From Nitrospirota bacterium (lineage in GTDB: Bacteria; Nitrospirota; Thermodesulfovibrionia; Thermodesulfovibrionales; JdFR-86): a DNA stretch of 64,000 nucleotides. Location of the stretch: NCBI GenBank assembly GCA_037386965.1, contig JARRLN010000001.1, positions 5,323 to 69,322 on the forward strand, given 5' to 3'. The first letter of the stretch is position 1, and every line of letters begins with the position of its first letter. The notes under the pieces are model-generated. The model had not been told where the DNA came from and did not search any database. It saw only the letters and a program-made list of their open reading frames with translations. Shown here one piece after another: positions 1 through 9,916 of the stretch. Both the position numbers and the translations under genes were made by a program.

Positions 1-1
1 C

Positions 2-2458
2 GGCGACAGAAGGACCCTGGACATCCACGTGACGGGCATGTCCTGTGCCGCCTGTGCGGCACGGGTGGAGCAGGGCCTGAAGGAGACGGAGGGCGTCGAC
101 GAGGCCGCGGTCAACTTCGCCGCCGAACGGGCTACGGTGAGTTTCGACTCCCGGCGCATCCAGCCGCACGACCTTATCGAGAAAGTGCAGGACCTAGGCT
201 ACGGGGCCTCGGTGGAGAGGACTGAGATTCCCATCAAGGGGATGACTTGCGCTGCCTGCGTGGCCAGGGTGCAGAGGGCCATCGAGGGCCTCGACGGGGT
301 CCTCTCGGCCTCGGTGAACCTGGCCACGGAGCGGGCCGTGGTAGAGTACGTGCCGGAGCAGGTGGGCCTGAGGGACTTCCGCAGGGCCATAAAGGAAGCG
401 GGCTACGACGTCCTCAGCGTGCAGAAGGGCGAGGACGTGGTCGAGAAGGAGAGAAGGGAGCGGGAGGCGGCCTTCAGGGCCATGAAGAGGAAGCTCTTCA
501 CAGGCATTGCCCTGTCGGTCCCGGTGTTTCTCCTGGTTTTCTGGGAGAGGCTCGGCCTTTCGGCCTTCCTTGATATTCCCCGGTACTGGAACTACCGTCT
601 CCAGCTCGTCCTGGAAACCCCCATACAGTTCTGGATAGGCTGGCAGTTTTACGCCGGAGCACTCTCGGCGGCCCGGCACCGCTCGACCAACATGAACACC
701 CTCATCGCCGTGGGCACCTCGGCCGCCTACCTCTACAGCATCACGGCGACCTTCTTCCCTTGGGTCTTTGAGATAAAGGGTTACTCCGCCCACGTCTATT
801 TCGACACCGCCGGGGCCATCATCGTCCTCATTCTCCTGGGGCGGGTTTTGGAGGCGCGCGCCCGGGGGCACACCTCCGAGGCCATCAAGAAGCTCATGGG
901 GCTTCAGGCCCGCACAGCCCGGGTGGTGCGGGACGGCACCGAGGAGGACCTCCCGGTGGAGGAGGTCGAGCCCGGCGATATCGTCATCGTGCGCCCCGGG
1001 GAGAAGATACCCGTGGACGGCGTCATCCGGGAGGGCTCTTCCTCCGTGGATGAGTCCATGGTCACCGGAGAGTCCATCCCCGTGGAGAAGGGCGCGGGCG
1101 AGGAGGTCATCGGGGCCACCGTCAACAAGACCGGGAGCTTCAGGTTCGAGGCTACCAAGGTGGGCCGCGACACCATGCTGGCCCAGATAATCAGGATGGT
1201 GCAGGAGGCACAGGGCACCAAGCCCCCCATAGCGCGGCTGGCCGACAAGATAGCATCCATATTCGTCCCCACGGTGATGGGCATCGCCACCGTGACGTTT
1301 CTGGTCTGGTTGTTCTTCGGGCCTGCTCCGGCCTTTACTTATGCGGTCCTGAACTTCATCGCCGTCCTCATCATCGCCTGTCCCTGTGCCCTGGGGCTGG
1401 CCACCCCCACCTCCATCATGGTGGGCACTGGGAAGGGGGCTGAAAACGGCATCCTCATCAGGGGTGGGGAGTCCCTGGAGACGGCCCACAAGATAGACGC
1501 CATCGTCTTCGACAAGACGGGCACCCTCACCAGGGGAGAGCCTTCGGTGACCGACGTCCTGGGCAGGGACGGGTTCTCGGAGGCCGATGTCCTTTTTCTT
1601 GCCGCCAGTGCGGAGCGCGGCTCTGAGCACCCCCTGGGGGAGTCAATCGTGAGGAAGGCCAGGGCGGCCGGGGCAAATCTGGCCGAGCACGGCGCCTTCG
1701 AGGCGGTGCCCGGCAAAGGCATCAGGACGGAGGTGCAGGGGCGGAAGGTCCTTCTGGGCAACGCCGCCCTGATGGAGCATGACGGCGTGGAGCGCGGCGG
1801 CCTTGCCGGAGAGGCAGAGCGCCTGGCAGGGGAGGGGAAGACCCCGATGTTCGTGGCCGTGGACGGCCGGGCGGCGGGCGTCGTCGCCGTGGCCGACACC
1901 CTCAAGGAAAGCTCCCTGCGGGCCGTGCAGGCGCTCGGGAAAATGGGCGTGGAGGTCGTGATGCTTACCGGGGACAACAGGCGCACGGCGGAGGCCATCG
2001 CCCGGGAGGCGGGCATCGACCGCGTGCTCTCGGAGGTCCTTCCGGACGAGAAGGCGGCCCACGTGCGGAAGCTCCAGGAGGAGGGCAAGGTGGTGGCCAT
2101 GGTGGGCGACGGCATAAACGACGCCCCCGCGCTGGCCCAGGCCGACGTGGGCATAGCCATCGGCACCGGCACGGACGTGGCCATCGAAGCCTCCGACATC
2201 ACCCTCATCAAGGGCGACCTCACGGGGGTAGCCACGGCCATCGCCCTTTCGAAGGCGACCCTCCGGAACATCAAGCAGAACCTTTTCTGGGCCTTCGCCT
2301 ATAACACCATCCTCATCCCCTTGGCGGCGGGTGTGCTCTTCCCCTTCTACGGCATTCTCCTGAGCCCCATCTTCGCCGCGGCGGCCATGGGGATGTCCTC
2401 GGTGACGGTCGTCAGCAACGCCCTGAGGCTCCGGAAGTTCCGCTTCCAGGCGTCCTGA
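2..2458 (+). CDS. copA: Copper-translocating P-type ATPase (P1B) with two N-terminal HMA domains; 5' end probably cut by the window edge
   Basis: There are two GMxCxxC metal-binding motifs ([22 protein letters not shown]), a CPC transmembrane motif, the DKTGT phosphorylation site and a GDGINDAP hinge. The frame stays open back to base 2 ([13 protein letters not shown]). That stretch is the first beta-strand of the HMA fold, so the GTG at 29 is unlikely to be the true start. Confidence 0.9.
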   Translation, partial: GDRRTLDIHVTGMSCAACAARVEQGLKETEGVDEAAVNFAAERATVSFDSRRIQPHDLIEKVQDLGYGASVERTEIPIKGMTCAACVARVQRAIEGLDGVLSASVNLATERAVVEYVPEQVGLRDFRRAIKEAGYDVLSVQKGEDVVEKERREREAAFRAMKRKLFTGIALSVPVFLLVFWERLGLSAFLDIPRYWNYRLQLVLETPIQFWIGWQFYAGALSAARHRSTNMNTLIAVGTSAAYLYSITATFFPWVFEIKGYSAHVYFDTAGAIIVLILLGRVLEARARGHTSEAIKKLMGLQARTARVVRDGTEEDLPVEEVEPGDIVIVRPGEKIPVDGVIREGSSSVDESMVTGESIPVEKGAGEEVIGATVNKTGSFRFEATKVGRDTMLAQIIRMVQEAQGTKPPIARLADKIASIFVPTVMGIATVTFLVWLFFGPAPAFTYAVLNFIAVLIIACPCALGLATPTSIMVGTGKGAENGILIRGGESLETAHKIDAIVFDKTGTLTRGEPSVTDVLGRDGFSEADVLFLAASAERGSEHPLGESIVRKARAAGANLAEHGAFEAVPGKGIRTEVQGRKVLLGNAALMEHDGVERGGLAGEAERLAGEGKTPMFVAVDGRAAGVVAVADTLKESSLRAVQALGKMGVEVVMLTGDNRRTAEAIAREAGIDRVLSEVLPDEKAAHVRKLQEEGKVVAMVGDGINDAPALAQADVGIAIGTGTDVAIEASDITLIKGDLTGVATAIALSKATLRNIKQNLFWAFAYNTILIPLAAGVLFPFYGILLSPIFAAAAMGMSSVTVVSNALRLRKFRFQAS

Positions 2459-2579
2459 GCTGACTGGAAACTGGAGACTAAAGACCAGGAATGTTTTTTT
2501 CGGTGCCCGGATGTTCCGTCTCGTAATGTCCCCGAAACGGGTTCTCTTTCTTCAGCGACCGCAGCGCAGTGGCGGGCGT

Positions 2580-2855
2580 TCATCCTCGGAGGACAGAGAG
2601 AAGGAATGACCTGATGCGGTCGGAAAAGAAATAATAGGCCGTGCCGATGATGAGAAGCCAGAGGAGGGCCCGTAGAATCCTGCCCGCATGAGACTCCTTC
2701 TTCCGCTCCTTGAGCTTCGTGAGCCTCTCAAGCTGTTCCTCGGGCGAGATGAGGAGCCTCCCGCACCGGGGGCACCGCATGGCCCCGGTGATGACCTTCT
2801 GCCCGCATCCCGCACAGGCATCGAAACCGGGGCCTGTGTAAGCATCATGTCTCAT
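2580..2855 (-). CDS. Small zinc-ribbon protein with C-terminal transmembrane helix
   Basis: An internal ATG at 2855 of ORF 2580..2975 gives MRHDAYTGPGFDACAGCGQKV...RCPRCGRLL, with two CxxC pairs. A hydrophobic helix (ILRALLWLLIIGTAYYFF) follows. A purine-rich AAGGCGG lies upstream of this ATG. Confidence 0.5.
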   Translation of the reverse strand: MRHDAYTGPGFDACAGCGQKVITGAMRCPRCGRLLISPEEQLERLTKLKERKKESHAGRILRALLWLLIIGTAYYFFSDRIRSFLLSVLRG

Positions 2856-3018
2856 TGAGCCGCCTTTTCCATTCCCATGAAGGCATCCTCTTTCTATTAT
2901 CACCAGGCGCGGGAAAGCACGAGTGAGGGGAATCACACGTGCCTCTTCCCATCCCTTGCCTTCCCCGCCTGCCATGGGTGATAATAAAAGACGTTCTATT
3001 AAGGGGTTATGAGCGGAG

Positions 3019-4308
3019 ATGAAGAAAGCCTACATAAAGACCTTCGGCTGCCAGATGAACGTGCACGACTCGGAGAAGATGGCCGGAATCCTCCGCGCCC
3101 AGGGCTTCGACCTTACCGAGGACAGGCAGAACGCCGACCTTATCATTTTCAATACGTGCAGCATCCGGCAGAAGGCCGAGCAGAAGTTCCTGAGCGAGTT
3201 GGGCAGGACCCGGCGGATGAAGGAGAGGCGCCCCGCTCTGCGGGTGGCCGTCGCCGGGTGCATCGCCCAGCAGATGGGCGAGAAGCTTCTCAGGCGGGCG
3301 CCCCATGTGGACTATCTGTTCGGCCCGCAGAACCTGCACGCCCTGACGGGCGTATCGGAGAAGGAGAGCCTTCTCGCCCTGGAGGAAAACCCCGGCCTGG
3401 CGACGATGGAGCTTCCGGTGCTGAGGAAGGAGAGGGGGAGGGCGTGGGTGAGCATCATGTACGGGTGCGATAACTTCTGCTCCTACTGCATCGTGCCCTA
3501 CACCCGGGGGAGGGAGAGAAGCAGGCCGAGCGAGAGCATCGTTTCGGAGGTCCGGGCCCTGGCGGCGGAGGGCTTCAGGGAGGTGACCCTGCTGGGGCAG
3601 AACGTCAACTCCTACCGCAGTGACGTGGACTTCCCCGGGCTCCTGAGACGGCTGAACGGGGTGGACGGCCTTGCGCGCATCCGGTTTGTGACAAGCCATC
3701 CCAAGGACTTCTCTCCGGAGCTTGTGGATGCCCTGGCCGGCCTTGAGAAGCCCTGCGAGCACGTCCACCTGCCGTTACAGTCCGGCTCCACGCGCGTTCT
3801 CCGCGAGATGAACCGCAAGTACACCCGGGAGGAATACCTGAAAAAGGTGCAGGCCCTGAGGGCCCGCGTCCCCGGTGTGGCCATCACCACGGATATCATC
3901 ACGGGGTTCCCCGGAGAGCGGGAGGAGGACCATCGGGATACGCTCGGCGTCCTCGGGGAGGTGCGGTTCGACGGCATCTTCGCCTTCGCGTTCTCCCCCC
4001 GGCCGGGGACGCGCGCCGCGGCGATGCAGGGGCACCTGCCCGATGCCGTCAGGAGCGCCAGGCTTGCGGAGGTCCTGGAGCTTCAGGACTCCATAACCCT
4101 TGGGAAGAACGAGGCCCTTACGGGCACAACCACCGAGGTCCTGGTGGAGGGGCCAGGCGAGGCCCTTCCGGGACAGCTTACGGGAAGGACCCGGACGAAC
4201 AAGATAGTGACCTTCCAAGGCGGAGAGGACCTTGAGGGCACGCTGCTCGACGTGCGCATTGTGCGGGCCAGGAGGCATTCCCTGGAGGGTGAGGTGCTCA
4301 GCTCATGA
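3019..4308 (+). CDS. miaB: tRNA-2-methylthio-N6-dimethylallyladenosine synthase (radical SAM methylthiotransferase)
   Basis: The N-terminus reads MKKAYIKTFGCQMNVHDSEKM (UPF0004 domain). There is a CDNFCSYCIVP radical-SAM cluster motif and a C-terminal TRAM-like region. Confidence 0.9.
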   Translation: MKKAYIKTFGCQMNVHDSEKMAGILRAQGFDLTEDRQNADLIIFNTCSIRQKAEQKFLSELGRTRRMKERRPALRVAVAGCIAQQMGEKLLRRAPHVDYLFGPQNLHALTGVSEKESLLALEENPGLATMELPVLRKERGRAWVSIMYGCDNFCSYCIVPYTRGRERSRPSESIVSEVRALAAEGFREVTLLGQNVNSYRSDVDFPGLLRRLNGVDGLARIRFVTSHPKDFSPELVDALAGLEKPCEHVHLPLQSGSTRVLREMNRKYTREEYLKKVQALRARVPGVAITTDIITGFPGEREEDHRDTLGVLGEVRFDGIFAFAFSPRPGTRAAAMQGHLPDAVRSARLAEVLELQDSITLGKNEALTGTTTEVLVEGPGEALPGQLTGRTRTNKIVTFQGGEDLEGTLLDVRIVRARRHSLEGEVLSS

Positions 4309-5546
4309 AGGTTTCCCTCCTTACCCTCGGATGCAAGGTGAACCAGGCCGAGGCTGCCCAGTGGGAGGGCGCCCTGAGAAGCAGGGGCCATGCCATCGTG
4401 GGCCTCGGGGACGCCCCGGATGTCTGCGTCGTCAATACCTGCACGGTGACCGGCAAGAGCGACTACCAGTCGCGGCAGCTCATTCGCCGGGCCGGGCGAA
4501 CGGGGGCCCGGGTGTTGGTCACGGGCTGCTACGCGGAGCTCAATGCCGAGCGTGCGCGCGGGTTGGGCGGGGTGGAGCACGTCGTTCGGAACGCAGAAAA
4601 AGATTCCATAATCAGCTACATAGACGAGCAAGCTCATGAAACGCATCATCTTTTGGGGGCAGCGCGCACGAGGGCTTTCCTCAAGGTGCAGGACGGCTGC
4701 GACAGGCGGTGCAGCTATTGCCTGGTCTGGAGGGCCCGGGGCAGGCCCCGCAGCGTCGAGCCCGAGGCGGTGGCGCGGATGGTTCGGCGGGCCGTGGCCG
4801 AGGGGGCGCAGGAGGTCGTCCTTACGGGCATCCATCTGGGTCTTTACGGCGTGGACCTCACGCCCGCGAAGCCCCTGAGCGCCCTGGTGCGAAAGGTCCT
4901 GAGCGATACGGCCGTCAAGCGAGTCCGTTTGAGCTCCCTGGAGGTGGGCGAGGTCGACCAGTCCCTGCTTGAGCTCTTCGAGGACGAGCGCCTTCTCCGC
5001 CATCTTCACATTCCTCTTCAAAGCGGGCACGACGGCGTTCTCAGAAGGATGAATCGGCATTACAGTGCGGAGGCGTTTCGTCGGAGGGTGCAGGGCATCT
5101 CGGAGCGCTACCCGGGGATGGCCTTGGGCACCGACGTCATCGCGGGCTTCCCCGGGGAAACGGACCAGGCCTTCCTCAACACATACAATCTTCTTGAGAG
5201 CCTGCCGTTTACCTATGTGCACGTATTCCCGTACTCGCCCAGGCCCGGCACGCCCGCGGTCGGAATGCCGGGTGCAGTAAGCGGGCCCTTGAAGAAGAAG
5301 CGTGCGGCGCGCCTCAGAAGCCTTGCCCTTGAAAAGAAGAAGGCTTTCATGAAGAGGCAGGTGGGCCGCATACTCGAGGTCCTCGTGGAGGAGGAACTGC
5401 CCGACGGCCTTGTGCAGGGCACGAGCAGGAATTATCTGAAAGTCCGCCTGCCCGGAGAGGGTCGTCTCAAGGGAAGCCTTGTCCCCGTTAGGATTGGCGC
5501 CCTCGAGGACGAAGCCCTGTGGGGAGAGCCCGTTGCTGCGCCGTAA
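4305..5546 (+). CDS. mtaB: Radical SAM methylthiotransferase, MtaB-like (ms2t6A tRNA modification)
   Basis: The protein starts MKVSLLTLGCKVNQAEA and carries a CDRRCSYCLV radical-SAM motif. It is a paralogue of the upstream miaB. Its start overlaps the miaB stop as ATGA. Confidence 0.8.
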   Translation: MKVSLLTLGCKVNQAEAAQWEGALRSRGHAIVGLGDAPDVCVVNTCTVTGKSDYQSRQLIRRAGRTGARVLVTGCYAELNAERARGLGGVEHVVRNAEKDSIISYIDEQAHETHHLLGAARTRAFLKVQDGCDRRCSYCLVWRARGRPRSVEPEAVARMVRRAVAEGAQEVVLTGIHLGLYGVDLTPAKPLSALVRKVLSDTAVKRVRLSSLEVGEVDQSLLELFEDERLLRHLHIPLQSGHDGVLRRMNRHYSAEAFRRRVQGISERYPGMALGTDVIAGFPGETDQAFLNTYNLLESLPFTYVHVFPYSPRPGTPAVGMPGAVSGPLKKKRAARLRSLALEKKKAFMKRQVGRILEVLVEEELPDGLVQGTSRNYLKVRLPGEGRLKGSLVPVRIGALEDEALWGEPVAAP

Positions 5547-5774
5547 CCCTGCGGCACGAAAGCGCTTTTTCTCTGAACAAAACCTGTACACGAACAGAAA
5601 AGCCCTTGTCAGAGAAGGTACGGGGGGCGGGCAGCGCTTCTCTCATGAACAGGTTGTCAACAGCTCGTGTCGATTATAACGTCCGATAAGGTATATTATG
5701 TAAAATACCGAAGTGACCAAGAGACACACAGCAACGCCAGTCTAATCCAAACATTTACCTTATTATAAGAAGCC

Positions 5775-6953
5775 TTATCTCAGTTTAGTTAATCTTCTGC
5801 TTGATATCCATCTGCGGGCCTGTGCCCTTGTGCGGACCTCTCCGGTGAACTGGGCCTTCCGGAGCTCGTAGAGGAGCCTGCCCAGGGCCGGTCCGGGCTT
5901 TAGCGTGCCCAGCTCCATGACCTCCACCGAAGAGAGAAGCCCCTTGGCGCTTATCTTCCAGAATTTCCTGAGCTGGGCCAGATGCTCCACCTGGCAGCTC
6001 AGGACAAGCAGGTCCAGGGCAGCCTCCCCTCCCTCGGCGAACAGGTCATAAAGCACATCCTTCCGGCTGAAATCCGTTTTTTGAAACCTCTGGAAGTTGT
6101 CCTGAACCAGCCGCAGACGCCTCTGGACGGGCCGGCTCAGGCTGAGCCGGTGCTCCCCGGCGCCGATGAAGAGGCCCTCAAGACGGAGGAGCCCCGGGAA
6201 GTCGAGCCCCTGGGGGAATACCTTCAAGTAATACCTTTCAGGTATTTTCTCAACCTTCCCCGCAACGCTCGAAAGACGTTGAATGTTCCGGCGTAACTGC
6301 CCATCTGGCAAGGATACTATCCCTTGGAGGACCCGGTCGCGGTAGGCCGTGCGAAGGGCCTCCTGCGCCCTTTCGCCGTTGAGGAGCCTGAAAAACTCTA
6401 AAGTAATTCTTTCAGCCGCCGGCCTGCCGGCCAGGGACGCAAGCTCGCGCAGGACCGCCCTCGTGCCCCTCTCGATTCGCCAGGGGGGCTCGGCGAGGAA
6501 GCGGTAGGCCCTGAGGATGCGCAGGGGGTCGCTCACAAAGTTCTGCCTCGCCACGCCCCGGAGTATCCCTCTTTGGATGTCGCGCAGCCCCCCGGTGGGG
6601 TCCAGAAGCCCGGTCCCGGGAGACCAGCCCAGCGCGTTTGCGGTAAAGTCCCTCCTCCGGAGGTCCTCTTCGATGGACCCCTTGAGGGGTGAGAAGTCCA
6701 GGACCCTCCCGCCTTTGAGGACCACCCGAAGGAGGCCCTCCTTTCCCAGGGCGACCAGCGTGCCCTCCAGGGACGCCGATACCCCGTGGGCCAGAGGGCC
6801 GGGATTGCCCCTCACGGCAAAGTCCATGTCCGGAGACCGCACCCCGCGGGCCACGAGGTCTCTCAGGTATCCCCCCACAAGGTAAACCTCCCCTGCCCGG
6901 GAGAAGACACGTCTCGCAATGGCGTCCTGGCGAACCCTGGCGTCAAGCTCCAT
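5775..6953 (-). CDS. CCA-adding enzyme / poly(A) polymerase family nucleotidyltransferase
   Basis: It has the PolyA_pol head motif (GGYLRDLVARG...DMDFAV) and an RRDFTANAL motif. A TATAAT at 6973-6978 (minus) and a GGGAGGA Shine-Dalgarno precede the ATG. Confidence 0.8.
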   Translation of the reverse strand: MELDARVRQDAIARRVFSRAGEVYLVGGYLRDLVARGVRSPDMDFAVRGNPGPLAHGVSASLEGTLVALGKEGLLRVVLKGGRVLDFSPLKGSIEEDLRRRDFTANALGWSPGTGLLDPTGGLRDIQRGILRGVARQNFVSDPLRILRAYRFLAEPPWRIERGTRAVLRELASLAGRPAAERITLEFFRLLNGERAQEALRTAYRDRVLQGIVSLPDGQLRRNIQRLSSVAGKVEKIPERYYLKVFPQGLDFPGLLRLEGLFIGAGEHRLSLSRPVQRRLRLVQDNFQRFQKTDFSRKDVLYDLFAEGGEAALDLLVLSCQVEHLAQLRKFWKISAKGLLSSVEVMELGTLKPGPALGRLLYELRKAQFTGEVRTRAQARRWISSRRLTKLR

Positions 6954-7062
6954 GCCCCTAGTCCTCCCGGCGATTATACCACCCTCCTCGGGAAGGAGAG
7001 TTCCGGAGAAGATGGACGGGCATTCCTGGAAAAGAGAGACAGGGCCAGCCCCCTTCCAAAAG

Positions 7063-7092
7063 AAAAGCCCCGCCGGGGCGGGCGGGGCTTTT
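7063..7092 (-). terminator. Rho-independent terminator (usable in both directions) after the 7116..7394 ORF
   Basis: The GCCCCGCC/GGCGGGGC stem (7067-7074 / 7081-7088) is flanked by an A-run and a T-run. On the minus strand the hairpin is followed by TTTTCTTTT. Confidence 0.6.
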
Positions 7093-7115
7093 CGCGCTCC
7101 AAGATGCTGACGATG

Positions 7116-7394
7116 TCAGGTCCTGGAGGGGGAGGCAGGCAGGGCATGAGGGGAGGTAAATGCCCTGCCTGCGTATCGGGGCCTGCGTTTGTGCTGCTTC
7201 TGAGCGTGTCGGCTAATCCGCGTGGCCAGGGCCATGATTCTCATCCTCTCCCTGGCATCCAGCCCGAGGAGCGCTGCCGTCTGCGAGAAGCCTTCGCTGC
7301 TGAAAAACTCCAGGCTCTCCGCGGTATGTCTTTCGTCATAGAGGTCCTCTAGCTGCTGAAGGATGATGGCTTCGCTCAGGGCCCTAAGACTCAT
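7116..7394 (-). CDS. Hypothetical 92-aa protein, distal gene of the CheY-like operon
   Basis: The ORF overlaps the stop of the upstream receiver gene by 11 bp and is followed by a terminator. It has no recognisable motif and its C-terminus is basic and low-complexity. Confidence 0.4.
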   Translation of the reverse strand: MSLRALSEAIILQQLEDLYDERHTAESLEFFSSEGFSQTAALLGLDARERMRIMALATRISRHAQKQHKRRPRYAGRAFTSPHALPASPSRT

Positions 7395-7752
7395 GTGCGG
7401 CCTCCTTCCTCAGGACGGTCTCCACGGCTCCCAGCAGCAAGGCGCTGTTGATGGGCTTGCGGATATAGCCGATGCCCGCCTTCATCAGATGCATGAGCTG
7501 CCAAGGCGCAAGGGCTGTAATAACCAGGGTCGGAGGCCTTTTGGGGTTCTTATCCAGGCTCATGAGGAGCTCCTCACCGTTCATGCCCGGCATGCAGAGG
7601 TCCATGAGCATCATGCTTATCTTCTCGGTTTCTATGCACCTACGCGCCTCTTCGCCGTCGGCGGCTGTCAGAACCTTGTACCCTGCAATACGGAGAATTT
7701 CACTCACGGAGTCGCGAATCTCCCTTTCGTCATCCACTACAAGTATCTGCAT
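7384..7752 (-). CDS. Single-domain response regulator (CheY-like receiver)
   Basis: MQILVVDDEREIRD...MLMDLCMPGMNGEELL has the acidic pocket and phospho-acceptor Asp context. The protein is 122 aa with no output domain. Confidence 0.85.
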   Translation of the reverse strand: MQILVVDDEREIRDSVSEILRIAGYKVLTAADGEEARRCIETEKISMMLMDLCMPGMNGEELLMSLDKNPKRPPTLVITALAPWQLMHLMKAGIGYIRKPINSALLLGAVETVLRKEAAHES

Positions 7753-7764
7753 GTCATATCTTAT

Positions 7765-7779
7765 GCAGAAGATGTGCCA
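7765..7779 (-). promoter_or_regulatory. Candidate sigma-54 (-24/-12) promoter abutting the CheY-like gene
   Basis: The minus strand reads TGGCAC-ATCTT-CTGC. The GG and GC are separated by 10 nt. The GC element lies 12 nt before the ATG at 7752. Confidence 0.35.
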
Positions 7780-7870
7780 GGTAAAAGGCGTGTATTATCG
7801 AGGAGATAGAAAAGCCTGATACGTCGGATTTTGGACAAACTGTCGCCTGCCGGACAGACAGGCCGCCGCT

Positions 7871-8587
7871 TTAAGACCTCTTGGGCACGGTGAGCACGGC
7901 CAGGGTCCCCTGCCCCGAAGCCCCGGAAAGCTTTACCTCGCCTCCCAGGACCTCCATGATGCGGCTCACCCTGAAAAGGCCAAGGCCCAGGGAGCCGGGC
8001 TTCCTCGCAAAGAAGGGCTCACACGCCTGGGTGATGTCCTCCGCCTCCATGCCCTGCCCGTCGTCCTGCACGGTGAGGACCACGGACTCCTCCTCGGCGA
8101 AACCCCGAACGTCCACCCTCTTGCCCTTGGCCTCCAGGGCGTTTCTCACCACCTCGGAGAGGGCCTCCCTGAGCCCGTCCGCCCGGGTCTCCACCACCAC
8201 CCCGCGGGCGCACTGGGTTGTCAGGGCAACGCCTTGGTCCCTGGCCTCGGGCGAAACGGTGTCCACCACCTCGGCCAGAATCGAATCCAGCGCGACCGTG
8301 CCGCGGCCGCCGCAGTCGGGACGGCAGGCGTCGGCAAAGGCGTGAAGCGCAGCGGCGGCTTTCCCGACGCCGGACTCGATGCTCTTTACCATTTCCCGGG
8401 TGTCGGCGTCCTTATGCATTTCCTTCAGGATGAAGGCATAATTCAGGGAGGAGGCAAGGGAATTGCTCACCTTGTGGGAGAGCCTGGAGGCAAGGCGGGC
8501 CAGGAAGTCGGAACTTTCCGAACTTTCCCTCTCCGGAGGGCGGCTCTCATTGCCCTCTTTTCTCTTATCAGGTCCGGGAGAGGCCAT
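7871..8587 (-). CDS. Soluble histidine kinase with DHp and HATPase_c domains only (no sensor domain, no TM segment)
   Basis: It has an H-box (RLSHKVSNSLASSL), an N-box (VVRNALEA) and a G-box (GSLGLGLFRVSRIMEVLGGEV). It is only 238 aa and overlaps the upstream activator gene by 20 bp. Confidence 0.8.
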   Translation of the reverse strand: MASPGPDKRKEGNESRPPERESSESSDFLARLASRLSHKVSNSLASSLNYAFILKEMHKDADTREMVKSIESGVGKAAAALHAFADACRPDCGGRGTVALDSILAEVVDTVSPEARDQGVALTTQCARGVVVETRADGLREALSEVVRNALEAKGKRVDVRGFAEEESVVLTVQDDGQGMEAEDITQACEPFFARKPGSLGLGLFRVSRIMEVLGGEVKLSGASGQGTLAVLTVPKRS

Positions 8588-9914
8588 ATTTTTTCAGCTT
8601 GCTGTAAAGGCTTGACCGCGGGATGCCCAGCATCCTGGCCGCCTGGTACTTGTTGCCTCCGCTTTCCCTGAGGGCCTTCTCCAGGAGGTCCTTTTCCGCC
8701 TCATCGAGACGGGAAGGGCCTTCGCCCCCGTCCTCATCGCCCAGCGGAGGCAAGTCGTACGCCTGTATCTGCTTTCCGGAGGCCATGATGAGGGCGTGCT
8801 CGATGGCGTTTTCCAGCTCCCGGACATTGCCCGGCCACGTGTGGCCCATAAGGACCTTGAGGGCGTCCTTCGTCACGCCGGAGGCGCTGCCGCCGGCCTT
8901 CTCCCGGTGTTTCTGAACGAAGTGCATGGCCAGGGCCAGGATGTCGCTCTTTCTCTCCCTCAGGGGCGGCACCCGGATGGTGACGATATTCAGGCGGTAA
9001 AAAAGGTCCTCCCGGAACCGCCCTCCCCGCACGGCGTCCCTCAGGGGCTGGTTGGCCGCCGCGATGAGGCGTATGTCCACGGGAACCTCGCGCCTGCCCC
9101 CCAGGCGCTGGATGGCGCTTTCCTGGAGGGACCTGAGGAGCTTGGCCTGTGAGAGCAGCGGCAGGTTGCCTATCTCGTCCAGAAACAGCGTTCCCCGGTG
9201 CGCTTGTTCGAACTTCCCCGGCCGGCTGCTCATGGCCCCCGTGAAAGCGCCCTTCTCGTATCCGAAGAGCTCCGATTCCACCAGCCCCTCGGGAATGGCC
9301 CCGCAGTCCACGGCCACAAAGGGGCCCCCGGACCGCTTGCTCCGCCGGTGGATGAGGCGGGCAACCACTTCCTTGCCCGTGCCGGACTCTCCTTCGATGA
9401 GCACCGCGCTCTCGCTGGGGGCCACGGTGCCGACGAGGCGCAGGAGCTTCTTCACCGAGGGATGCGAGCCCACGAAATGCCTCTCCGTAAGCTGGTCCAT
9501 CTGCTCGATGAGGTCTCGCCGCTCCGACAGGGCCGTATAGAGCTGCTCGGCGCGGTTGGCCATCTCCAGAAGGTGTTCGGGGTTGACCGGCTTGGTGATG
9601 AAGTCGAAGACTCCCGCCTTCATGGCGCCGACGGCGGCGTCGATTGTTCCCTTTCCGGTCACCATGATCATCTGGACCTCGGGCAGAATGTCCCGGAAAC
9701 GCGTGAGAAGCTCCGTTCCCGGCAGGTCGGGAAGCACGAGGTCGCAGACCACAACGGGCACGGGCCGGTCGGCGAAGAGGCGGACGGCTTCTTCGCCGCA
9801 TGCGGCGGTCATGGCCTCGTAGCCCCGGGAGGCGAAGACCGCACGCAGCGACTCCAGAATGTCCGGCTCGTCATCGACGATGAAAATTCTCCGTGCCTCG
9901 TCCGCAACACTCAT
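8568..9914 (-). CDS. Sigma-54-dependent response regulator (NtrC family: receiver + AAA+ + Fis-type HTH)
   Basis: It has a receiver domain (IFIVDDEPDILESL), Walker A (GESGTGKEV) and the GAFTGA sigma-54 contact loop (EKGAFTGA). The C-terminus carries an HTH (GNKYQAARMLGIPRSSLYSKLKKYG). Confidence 0.9.
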   Translation of the reverse strand: MSVADEARRIFIVDDEPDILESLRAVFASRGYEAMTAACGEEAVRLFADRPVPVVVCDLVLPDLPGTELLTRFRDILPEVQMIMVTGKGTIDAAVGAMKAGVFDFITKPVNPEHLLEMANRAEQLYTALSERRDLIEQMDQLTERHFVGSHPSVKKLLRLVGTVAPSESAVLIEGESGTGKEVVARLIHRRSKRSGGPFVAVDCGAIPEGLVESELFGYEKGAFTGAMSSRPGKFEQAHRGTLFLDEIGNLPLLSQAKLLRSLQESAIQRLGGRREVPVDIRLIAAANQPLRDAVRGGRFREDLFYRLNIVTIRVPPLRERKSDILALAMHFVQKHREKAGGSASGVTKDALKVLMGHTWPGNVRELENAIEHALIMASGKQIQAYDLPPLGDEDGGEGPSRLDEAEKDLLEKALRESGGNKYQAARMLGIPRSSLYSKLKKYGLSRT

Positions 9915-9916
9915 GG

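Noticed and set aside
194-1630. 478-aa ORF antisense to copA
   Set aside because: It is Arg/Gly/Pro/His-rich low-complexity sequence lying exactly opposite a gene with unmistakable P-type ATPase motifs. This is a typical high-G+C shadow ORF.
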